Shown: one piece after another, positions 12,236 through 23,018 of the stretch
Numbering within the stretch: the stretch's first letter is position 1
Layout of the letters: each line of letters starts with the position of its first letter
Assembly (NCBI RefSeq): GCF_036365525.1
Contig: NC_090383.1
Location: 111,788,531-111,852,530, forward strand
DNA length: 64,000 bases
Reading direction: 5' to 3'
Source: Heterodontus francisci
Lineage: Eukaryota
Made by a program: the position numbers and the translations under genes
Notes under the pieces: model-generated
Told to the model about the DNA's origin: nothing
Seen by the model: the letters and a program-made list of their open reading frames with translations, nothing else
Databases searched by the model: none

Positions 12236-14487
12236 TGCTTTAAGTGCTACGGATGTTAACTTGCTGGGGGCTTTCTTGCAGTTCAACAGTGCAACTGTTG
12301 CACTGTTGAACTAATAGAAAGCCCCAGCGAGTTAACATCCATAGCACTTAAAGCAGCCAGAAGTGCTGCACAAAGAACAGCCAGGCGCTGCACAAATGAC
12401 TACTGGCAACATCTATGCAGTTGTATTCAGCTGGCCTCCAACACTGGAAACATTAGAGGAATGTATGATGGCATTAAGAGAGCTTTTGGGCCAACCATCA
12501 AGAAGATCGCACCCCCCACCCACCCCCCCCCACCCTCAAATCCAAATCAGGGGACACAATCACTGACCAACGCAAGCAAATAGACCGCTGGGTGGAGCAC
12601 TACCTAGAACTGTACTCCAGGGAAAATGTTGTCACTGAGAACGCCCTCAAGGCAGCCGAGTCTCTGCCAGTCATGGATGAGCTGAATATACAGCCAACAA
12701 AATCGGAAGTCAGTGATGCCATTGATTCTCTAGCCAGCGGAAAAGCCCCTGGGAAGGACGGCATTACCCCTGAAATAATCAAGAGTGCCAAGCCTGCTAT
12801 GCTTTCAGCACTCTATGAACTGCTTTGCCTGTGCTGGGATGAGGGAGCAGTACCACAGGACATGCGCGATGCCAATATCATCACCCTCGATAAGAACAAG
12901 GGTGACCGCGGTGACTGCAACAACTACCGTGGAATCTCCCTGCTCAGCATAGTGGGGAAAGTCTACGCTCAAGTCGCTTTAAACAGGCTCCAGAAGCTGG
13001 CTGAGCGTGTCTACTCTGAGGCACAGTGTGGCTTTCGAGCAGAGAGATCCACCATTGACATGCTGTTCGCCCTTCGCCAGCTACAGGAGAAATGTTGCGA
13101 ACAACAGATGCCCCTCTACGTTGCTTTCATTGATCTCACCAAAGCCTTTGACCTCATCAGCAGACATGGTCTCTTCAGACTACTAGAAAAGATCGGATGT
13201 CCACCAAAGCTACTAAGTATCATCAGATCATTCCATGACAATATGAAAGGCACAATTCAGCATAGCGGCGCCTCATCAGACCCCTTTCCTATCCTGAGTG
13301 GCGTGAAACAGGGCTGTGTTTTCGCACCTACACTGTTTGGGATCTTCTTCTTCCTGCTGCTCTCACATGCGTTCAAGTCTTCAGAAGAAGGAATTTTCCT
13401 CCACACAAGATCAGGTGGCAGGTTGTTCAACCTTGCCCGTCTAAGAGCGAAGACCAAAGTACGGAAAGTCCTCATCAGGGAATTCCTCTTTGCTAACGAT
13501 GCTGCATTAACATCTCACACTGAAGAGTGTCTGCAGAGACTCATCGACAGGATTGCGGCTGCCTGCAATGAATTTGGCCTAACCATTAGCCTCAAGAAAA
13601 CGAACATCATGGGACAGGACGTCAGAAATGCTCCATCCATCAATATCGGCGACCACGCTCTGGAAGTGGTTCAAGAGTTCACCTACCTAGGCTCAACTAT
13701 CACCAGTAATCTGTCTCTCGATGCAGAAATCAACATGTGCATGGGAAAGGTTTCCGCTGCTGTGTCCAGACTGGCCAAGAGAGTGTGGGAAAATGGCGCA
13801 CTGACACAGAACACAAAAGTCCGAGTGTATCAAGCCTGTGTCCTCAGTACCTTGCTCTACGGCAGTGAGGCCTGGACAACATATGTCAGCCAAGAGCGAC
13901 ATCTCAATTCATTCCATCTTCCTTGCCTCCAGAGAATCCTTGGCATCAGGTGGCAGGACCGTATCTCCAACACAGAAGTCCTCGAGGCGGCCAACATCCC
14001 CAGCACGTACACCCTATTGAGTCAGCAGCGCTTGAGGTGGCTTGGCCATGTGAGCCGCATGGAAGATGGCAGGATCCCCAAGGACACATTGTACAGCGAG
14101 CTCGTCACTCGTATCAGACCCACCGGGTGTCCATATCTCTGCTTTAAAGACGTCTGCAAACGTGACATGAAGTTCTGTGACATTGATCACAAGTCGTGGG
14201 AGTCAGTTGCCAGTGATCGCCAGAGCTGGCTGACAGCCATAAAGGCGGGGCTAAAGTGTGGCGAGTCAAAGAGACTGAGCAGTTGGCAGGAAAAAAGACA
14301 GAAGCGCAAGGGGAGAGCCAACTGTGTAACAGCTCCGACAACCAACTTTATCTGCAGCACCTGTGGAAGAGTCTGTCACTCTAGAATTGGCCTTTATAGC
14401 CACTCCAGGCACTGCATCACAAACCACTGACCACCTCCAGGTGCTTACCCATTGTCTCTCGAGACAAGGAAGCCAAAGAAGAAGATG
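12236..14487 (+). mobile_element. RTE-clade LINE, 5'-truncated, with a 612-aa RT ORF (12592-14430)
   Basis: RT motifs NYRGISLLS, QCGFR, FIDLTKAFD, GVKQGC and FAND (FADD with D>N). C-terminal CxxC..H zinc finger and a GAA-repeat tail. 11-bp TSD ATAATCTTGGT at 12225-12235 / 14488-14498. Confidence 0.95.
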
Positions 14488-15254
14488 ATAATCTTGGTAT
14501 TTGATGCAACAGTTCTCAAACACATTCAATATTTTATATAATAATGCTCAAGTAGGAATGTGTTACAGGGAAAGACTTCAATCTGATGTCATCTTATTGT
14601 AGAAGAGTGAAACCTCAGCATTTTCTGAATATCAATGGAACTGACTGAATTTCTGTATTAAGCTGTCTCCTAAAGCCCCTCACAATGACTCAGCTACGGT
14701 AAGTGCACCAATGTGGAATTAACCTTTACAGAATCAGAAGATTCTAATCTAAACAAATTTAGAATCTAATTCTAAACTAGCTAATCTCAGCAAGGACGGT
14801 ACTGGGCTTGGCTGTGATGCCCTCTTTTGTAGGTAGACCTAGAGGGTCAGTGTCCAGATTTAGATGTGAAGGGGGTGAAATGTACCTGGAGCATGAGTGC
14901 AAATAGGTGATCGGGAATCGGCAGCTCGTTTTACACTCCGCCCAATTTTCTTTGTCATTAACCTTAGTGTTCAGCAGCCAGCTGATATGTAATCACCTGT
15001 TTTGTGCTACTGTGCCCACCCCTGAAGATTGAGTGAGGCAATCAGCACATGTGGAACCTATATAAGCATAAATTAGTCTATATAGGATAGAAAATGGGAG
15101 TTGGAATAAATAAAAATTAAGGCTAGGTCTGTTGATCATGTGTTGCTGCTCCTAGGTTTAACCTTTCTTCATTATATTCAATGGGGTTTTTCACCACATT
15201 TAAGAGTTTTAGACAAGTACACATTTTTAGAACAACAAAGAACACCTTTCTGAA

Positions 15255-15690
15255 AACGTAATATAGGAAGAGGACCAGGCTATTCAATCCTCGAGCCTGT
15301 CTAGTATTCAGTTGTAACATGGCTGATCTGTACCTCAACTCCTTATCCCTCAATACCTTTACGCAACAAAAATCTATTGGTCAGTTTTGAAAGCTCTAGT
15401 TGTCCCAGCCTCACAGCCTTTTGGGGGGAAAAATTCCAGATTTCTATTACACTTTGTGTGGAAAAGTGCTTCCTGATTTCCCTCCTAAATGAACTTGCTC
15501 TAATTTTGTTATATTTCCTTATCACCAGATGAAGTAGTTTCTTATCTACCCTATCCAAATCATTTTAACATTTTGAATACCTCAATAAGATTATTCCTCA
15601 ATATTCTCTACTTAAAGAAATATAAGTCAAGTTTATGCAACCTGTCCTCATAATTTAAACCTCTAAGCTTCGCGATCACTCTGGTCTGGA
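15255..15690 (-). mobile_element. Degenerate CR1 3' fragment
   Basis: FRREIRKHFSTQSVIEIWN motif and CR1 tail. Confidence 0.75.
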
Positions 15691-17275
15691 TGCACACACA
15701 CATTTTAAATCCTGTGGTATTGTTCAAGGTAAGTCAGAGGATATGCTGCTTTATAAGGATGGGGGTTTTATACCACACAAAACAAAATGTATTATTCTGT
15801 CACTGTTGAGCTGTATCTATTTGTTAAGTAAATACAAGGTGAAATTACTGAGTTTAATTGTAGTGTGGTCAGGGAACTTGAAAAATTGTAAAGTGCTCGT
15901 CAGCTCTGGATCCAGGTCAGGAGCACCTAGCATGATGTAACTGCCTCTTTTTTTCTCTCTTTTTGTAAGTTTGTTTGCATCTGTAATAAAGTCTGCAGTG
16001 TAATTTCTGCATATATTGTTTTTAATATATTGTAGATAGATGGGAACCTCTAGAATTCCCTAAACGCCTCTGCCTCACTTTCCTCCTTTAAGACAATCTT
16101 TAAAACCTACCTCTTTGACTAATCTGCCCGAGCATCCACTTATGTGGCTGGGTGTCATATTTTGTATTATAATGCCCCTGTGAATGTTAAGTTAAACGTG
16201 CTATATAAATACAAGTTGTTGTTTTCTCTTGGGTTCAACAGTACAATGCGATCTCTATCACGTTTTAATACATGGGAAGATATTTGAATGACCTGCCAGA
16301 GTTGTGGCACCTTCCATTCAGATGTTGAACACACTTCATCGCCAAACTCATATCCAACCTGAAAAACATCATATGAATAGTTTAATAAAAGTTTAGCCTC
16401 AGAAATCTGCACACAATGGGTTGCCTATTAGTGTGTCGTTGAAGAAAATTGATGAGCACAGGCCCTGCTTTCCACATGGAATAAGATAACAAGGAGTCTC
16501 CTTGGTTTGCTGTGACAAACCTCCTTGTTGCTAATTTCAATGCTAAGACAGCATCACCTACTCACTCTCCGCGAGGCCCGAGAAAAGAAAAAGTGTCAAA
16601 AGAAAAGGGGGTTGTTCATTGTCAAAAAAAAGGTTTCTTTCTCTTCGTAATGTCCATTACCTTTGCTTCTAAAATACTCTGGGATCATCTCCTGACCAGT
16701 TGCTGTGTAGGCAATCTACAAGCTTTGCGAAATATATAACCAAGGAGAACAGATTGAAACCAGTGGCACAGGGAAGGCAGAATCTAAAAATGGCAAAATC
16801 TGTCCCTGAGCAGTTTCTTTATGAAAGTGTCTCTATAAAAGGACATGCATACACACTACTCTATTACTAAAATTGCATATGCAAAAAAAAGAGTACCATT
16901 ATACATTTGTTTTAATTTATGCAGAATTTTACATTAATTTCCATGTTGGTGGAGGTGCCACATGTTTTGTTTGCATGTAATTGAATACAATTGATCTATT
17001 GGCATAGTTGATCAGGGTGTTCAGGGGCTAACCTATCTTGTTCTGATGGGAGTTGTTTTGGGTTGCTGTGCTTTTGGTGCCGGGGGCAGCGGGAAGGGGT
17101 GGTGTGAGAAATGGGATGGAGCTTGTTTGCCTTCTTGTAAAGCACCTGCTCCTTCCTCTATTGGAATGTGCTAAGGTCCTTACTAATGTTACACAAGATC
17201 ATTTGCTCTAGCTGACTTTAACGACAAACATCTATCACAAAGAATGATTTCATGTTTTTTTGAATTGTTCCTTAC

Positions 17276-17374
17276 CTGCCTCTCGATTTGTAATACTAAC
17301 TCGCCATTGGTTATATTCCTAAATATTTTTGCTGCTTCCTCATGAAGTATATTAACAAGTGAAACTCCATCAGC
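17276..17374 (-). CDS. SYNJ2BP/OMP25-like protein, coding exon 3 (PDZ alpha-B/beta-F)
   Basis: Acceptor tttatctttag, 99 nt phase 0/0, donor CAG|GTAAGG. Translates ADGVSLVNILHEEAAKIFRNITNGELVLQIERQ, with the class-I PDZ His at the start of alpha-B. Confidence 0.9.
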
Positions 17375-17979
17375 CTAAAGATAAATAGATCAAAATAGAT
17401 ACAATAAAGCAGCAGTGCAGTTGGAAGTGATCTATTTATAATGAAAGCATGGATGGGGACTAGCACACTGTCCTTTCACATTTAGAATGTAGATTCAAAT
17501 GTAGCCCAGACAGAAGACAAAAGTTTCCTTTCTCTGTCTATATGCTTTTCCTCTTCCTCACTGAAGAACTCATTCTTCAACACTGTGAAAATCATTACCT
17601 CCTTCAGTTTCTCCTTATTCCTACAATTTTCAGCATTTAAACCCTGAGCTTGGCATCATCTAATTAGTTGTTCTTTCTTTAACTTGTCTTTTAATCTCTT
17701 CAGCCTTGGTTGTGTCATATCTTGATGGCTGAGCTCAAAATGGCCATCCAATGCCTTCTAAGCACCCTGCCACGAGCTAGAGTGAGAAACATCATAATAC
17801 GTAACCATGGTTTCAAATAACAATTGGAGGAAGCTTGTAGTGCCAACATCCTTGTGGATAAATTCCTAAATTATGATGGTTTCTAGGATGTCCCATAATT
17901 GTGCCATTGACAAGGTGAAAAAGTTAATTTTCACCAGCACAAATAACGTTTACACCGGCATAGCTAAGCATTTATTAAA

Positions 17980-18345
17980 CATTCGCTCCATCCACCACTG
18001 GCACACAGTGGCAGCAGTGTGTACCATCTACAAAATGCACTGCAGCAACTTTCCAAGGCTCCTTTGACTGCAGCTTCCAAACCCTCAACCTCTACCACTT
18101 GCAACAGGGGCAGCAGGCGCATGAAAACACCACCACCTGCAAGTTCTCCTCCAGGTCACACACCATCCTGACTTGGAAATATATCGCCATTCCTTCATCA
18201 CCACTGGTCAAAATCCTGGAACTCCCTACCTAACAGCAGTGTGTGTGTATCTACACCATGTGGACTGCAGTGACTCACCACCACCTCTGAAGGGCAATTA
18301 GGGATGGTCCTTGCCAGCGACGCCCACATCCCATGAATGAATTAA
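17980..18345 (+). mobile_element. 3' fragment of the 32865-type LINE
   Basis: HHWHTVAAVCTIYKMHCSN motif and tail. Confidence 0.78.
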
Positions 18346-18604
18346 AACTTGTTTTCTAACCATTTAACCCACTAACTGCCTCTCTTGTTCAATCCTCTAA
18401 ACAGACTCACATCTTCGAGTGCTGACAAAGATTTACACCTTAAATATTAACCTGTTCTTTCAGATGCTGGGAGACCAATGTATATTTCCAGGATTTTGTT
18501 TAGATTTGCAGCTTTTTTTTTCTTCATTGCCCAAAGTAACATGATCCATAATTCCAAAAAAACCCAATTCATTGTTTTTAATTAGAACATTTGCAACAAC
18601 ATAC

Positions 18605-18741
18605 CTCCAAGATCTTGTCACCCTCTCTAAGTCTCCCATCAAGAGCTGCTGGTTCATTTTCTCTTATTTTAGCCACATAGATTCCAAAATTTCCAGGATA
18701 ACAGGGTTTATCCACTCCTCCCAAGATGTTAAACCCAAACC
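18605..18741 (-). CDS. SYNJ2BP/OMP25-like protein, coding exon 2 (PDZ core)
   Basis: Acceptor tttacag, 137 nt, donor GAG|GTATGT. Translates (G)[45 protein letters not shown]: GFGF carboxylate loop and AALDGRL.EGDKIL as in recalled SYNJ2BP. Confidence 0.92.
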
Positions 18742-18911
18742 CTGTAAATGGGTATCAAGCATGAATCCAAATCAAAATGATATTAAACGCTATTATGTAC
18801 AATAGAACTTTTTTATGATAATCTTGTCTGCATTGGAGATAGCCATTATCATCTGTTTATACCATTAAGGCAAATGAAATGAAATTGCCAAAAATCATGG
18901 GGCAGTTATTG

Positions 18912-19275
18912 AGTACGGTGGTGTAGTGGTTATGTTACTGGACTAATAACCCAGAGAATGTTTGTTCAAATTTCACAATGGCAGTTTAAAAATTTGAATT
19001 CTGTTGAAATCTGGTCAGTAAAAGTGACCATGAGGTTGTCGGCTTGTTGTGAAAACTCAGCTGGTTCACGAATGTTCTTGCGGTAAGGAAATTTACCGTC
19101 CTTTACCCAGTGATTCCAGTCCCACATCAAGGTGGTCAACTGTTAACTGCCTCTTAAAAGAGGGAGAAATGGTCTCGGTCTAAGCTCCTGCTAGACTCCG
19201 CAATCAGTTCAACTAGTGATGGGTAATAACTGCCAGTCTTGCCAGCAACACCCACTTCCAAAGGATGATTTTTAA
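18912..19275 (+). mobile_element. Diverged copy of the same SINE family
   Basis: GGTGGTGTAGTGGTTATGTTACTGGACTA head, degenerate core and tail. Confidence 0.55.
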
Positions 19276-19602
19276 AAAAGATTTGCCGGGAAAATGTGAA
19301 AATTGCTCTCTAATCAAAGAATTGTTACAGCGCAGAAGGAGGCCATTCAGCTCATCGTGTCTGCACCAGCTCTCCAAATGAGCAATTCACCTAACACCAT
19401 TCCCACCTTCTCCCGTAACTCTGCACATTCTTCCTTTTCAAATGACAGATTAGTTCCCTACCGAAGGGCCTTAATTGAACCTGCCTCCACCACACTCTCA
19501 CGCAGTGCATTCCAGACCTTAACCACTTGCTGCACGAAAAAGTTTTTCCTCATGTCACGTTTGCTTCCCTCGCCAACCTAGGGCAATTGGTGAAAATGCA
19601 AA

Positions 19603-20420
19603 GGGCTGAATTTTACCAGCTCCTTGATGTCAAGGGTCGCGGCATGGAGCCTGTAAAATACTTACGGGTGAAGCCTGCCACGACCTCCGACACGGAGAAG
19701 GCCCCGCCGCATTTTATTGGCGGTGGTGGCAAGGCACCCCCCTCCCCCCCCCCCCCGCCCGACTGCTGCTTCATTTGCCTACTCAAACATATTCAAAAAA
19801 ATGTTAATTAACTTATCTGGACCAGGCGGCCGTCCCACGCCAATATTGCAGCTGGTGACTGGAAGTCACACACCTTCTGAACCCCGTTTGGGGATTCAAG
19901 GCGAGACACTGGTGGGGAGAGAGGAGGGGTGATATTATCAGGACAGGAGGGGAGCGGGTAAACTACTTTCTATTGGCTGTGGGGATGGTGAGAAGGGATT
20001 GACGGGCAAATATGACAAGGTTGCGGGGGTTGGGGAAGAGTTCAGATTGGGAATGAAATAAATTATCAACATATAGGCCAATAAAAAAAACAGTGGGGGA
20101 GGGGGGGTGGTTAGGAAAGAGCCTCCAGCTTTTAATTACTTTTTTTAAAGATGTTTCACAGAAATGTCCCTTTAAAAATTCACAATTCACTTTGTTCCCA
20201 AGGGCTTGAAGCCCTTTAAAAATGGCGCCGGCACCTGCGCAGTGGCACTGGGCGCAGCTGCCAGGGACGAAATGGCTGCCCCCTATATGACATCAGAGGC
20301 GGCCGTTCCGCCCCCTCCATTTAAAAGAGCCCCCGCGCGAAAAATCACAGGGGCTCAGCGGCAGTGCATCCGTGCCTGTAGGCTGCCGACTTCAAAGCGT
20401 ACCACCATAAAATTCAGTCC
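19603..20420. mobile_element. Non-autonomous DNA transposon (MITE-like) with terminal inverted repeats
   Basis: GGGCTGAATTTTA at the left end, TAAAATTCAGTCC at the right end; GC/CpG-rich non-coding interior. Confidence 0.65.
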
Positions 20421-20654
20421 AGGGTATTAGGTGGTTAAGTGGAACATCGGAACAGGTGCAGGCTATTCAGCCTGTTCCACCAATCAATCAGATCATGACT
20501 GATCTGTATGGTGCAAATGGTGATACTTGGGGCACTTGGACTGGATGCTATATTTTTGCAGATGTCAGTCAGCCCCGGACCATTTCTCCCTTCACCATAC
20601 CTCAATTTTAAACACTATTATGTTCTGAAGTGCTGCCGTTGTGTTTCTCTTCAC

Positions 20655-20992
20655 CCAGCACTGAGGGAGTGCTGCACTGTTGGAGGTGCCATCTTTCGAA
20701 AGGGACGTTAAACTGAGGGCCCCATCTGCCTGCTCAAGTGGCTGTAAAAGATCCCATGGCACTACTTCAAAGAGGGGCAGGGGTATCCTGGTCAATATTT
20801 ATCCCTCAACATCACAAAAACAGATTATCTGGTCAATATCAAATTGCTGTTGGTGGTAGTTTGCTGTGTGCACAGTTTCTGACGTGTTTCCTGCATTACA
20901 ACAATGACTACACTTCAAAAAGGACTTTATTGGCTGTAAAGCACTTTGAGGTGTGCAGTAGTGTGGAAGGTGCTATATAAGTGCAAGTCTTT
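20655..20992 (+). mobile_element. Deu-domain SINE fragment
   Basis: Deu core and GGTGCTATATAAGTGCAAG tail. Confidence 0.7.
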
Positions 20993-22140
20993 CCTTTTCC
21001 TTTTCATTTTCCAGCTGGCTTTCATTTAACACTGAAGAAAGTTTCCAGCTAGCTATCTTAACAACTGCTTTTACATTCAGCAAGCACTCAGTTCATTGGT
21101 GTTGCTTAAAATTTGTCTAAATTAAAATGCTGGCTTCTATTCAAAAACTAATTCACTACAAACAATTACTTTGTCACTCTTGCATTACGAGACCAGCCTT
21201 TCTCATGCATCAAACCTGCATGACCTCATTTTCATGTATCTTCTGTTCAATTATTAGAAAGAAAATGCTTGCATTTACCTAACACCTTATCACCTCCTCG
21301 GGCTGTTCCAAAATGTCTCACGACAAATTACTTTCGAAATGTAGCACTGTTAGATTTGCAACCCAAAAGTCATGATTTAAAATTCTACATGACAGATATA
21401 ATTCAATAAACCTGGTAATTTGTGGTCTAACACAAATCCATCTGGTTCACTAATACGTATCCTTCAGGAAGGGGAATATGTCACTCCCACTTGTTGTGCT
21501 TACATATGTCTCCACTCGCACACTTCATTGTTGATTCTTAATGGCCTCGGGCAAAATAGGATTGGACAATACTGCCTTTCCAGTGCTGCTGATATCCTAA
21601 GAACAATGTATGGCATGAGGCTGACTCCCCCTAAGGTACTAGGTGTGAGGCTGGTGCATGCCAGAATCTTTCTCCCACAACAATTAACCTGTTTTGTTTG
21701 AAATTCATTTCATAACTTGGTCTTGGATTTCACAAATAGTCAGTTGAAACAGGTTTATAATTCAACATGCAGTGAAATGATACCTAATCCCTTAATTTCA
21801 AATTATCAGGGTGGGGGGAAACGGCAGGGGGAGGGTGAAGAACATGCTGATATGGAATGAATTGGCGCATGATGAACTGCTTCTGTTTGGAGTGTACAGA
21901 ATGTGATAGATTGGAGTGTGTTTCAAGGATGTAACAGATCTGAGTTCCAATAATATTGAAAGACCACTCAGTTCATGACACAGATGTCATCTGAACCATT
22001 CAACATTTTACTGCCTTCTACATCCTCTGTCCTATTATTAGAAAGAGCAAACTTGCATTTATTTACCACATCCTCATTACCAACAATTAGTAAAATATAT
22101 GGTGATATAATTTATCCCCCTCTCCTCTTCTGAGGTCATT

Positions 22141-22268
22141 GGGGGTGAAATTCAATTTCGGCAGGGGGGCAGAAAAGGGCGGTTATTGGAAAGGAAAATG
22201 GAGTGGATTTATAATGGGATACCAACCCTCCCATCACTTGTTTGTGCCCTAAAGTTGAATTTCATCCC
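22141..22268. mobile_element. Small MITE-like element
   Basis: GGGGGTGAAATTCAATT ... AAGTTGAATTTCATCCC imperfect terminal inverted repeats. Confidence 0.5.
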
Positions 22269-22614
22269 TATAGCACCTGTTGTTGTATGATTCTAAAGGC
22301 ACAAGTCACCTTCACTTACCTCACCAAACTGGCCATTATTCCTTTGTAAACCTAAACAGTTGAGCGTTGGCATGCTATTTGGCTGTGGAGACACCAGAAC
22401 CAAATTCGATCTTGTCGTCATCTGACATCTCCAGACTGTGGTGATCACTGGCGGTGGTCACTGAATAATTAATAAGAGCGGGATCCATGATTGGATTTCT
22501 TCTCCTAAGCCCAGGGGTAATGGGCTCAACTGCCACTTAGGCTGTTTTCAGCTAACTTGGCACAGTTCAGGAATTAAATGGGGGGGCTTTCTGATCTGTA
22601 AGCTCATTTACATT

Positions 22615-23018
22615 TTTCATTTGTTTGTGGGACGTGGGCATCGCTGGCTAGACCAGCATTTATTGCCCATCCCTAATTGCCCTTGAACTGAGTGGCTTGC
22701 TAGGCCATTTCAGAGGGCATTTTTTTTTTTTATAAAAGAGTCAACCACATATTACTGTGGGTCTGGAGTCACATGTAGGCCAGACCAGGTAAGGACAGCA
22801 GATTTCCTTCCCTAAAGGACATTAGTGAACCAGCTGGCTTTTTACAACAATTGACAATGGTTTCATGGTCACCATTAGACTAGCTTTTTAAATTCCCAGA
22901 TTAATTGAATTAAAATTTCGCCATCTGCCATGGTGGAATTCGAACTCATATCCCCAGAGCAGTAGTCTGGGTCTCTGAGTTACTAGTCCAGTGACATTGC
23001 CACTATACCACCACCTCC
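22615..23018 (-). mobile_element. tRNA-derived SINE with SlmI/Meta-like core and CR1/L2-type tail
   Basis: Core GGTTCACTAATGTCCTTTAGGGAAGGAAATCTGC..CCTTACCTGGTCTGGCCTACATGTGACTCCAGA. Tail AAGGGCAATTAGGGATGGGCAATAAATGCTGG is shared with the LINE at 32865. Confidence 0.7.

Noticed and set aside
12592-14430. 612-aa ORF as a domesticated host gene
   Set aside because: 5'-truncated, TSD-flanked, catalytic D>N, non-ATG start, and near-identical to another copy in the window: a young RTE insertion.
16293-16357. LDMSL peptide suggesting FAM89A
   Set aside because: Only a five-residue match, the flanks do not fit FAM89A, and the strand is opposite to that expected from human synteny.
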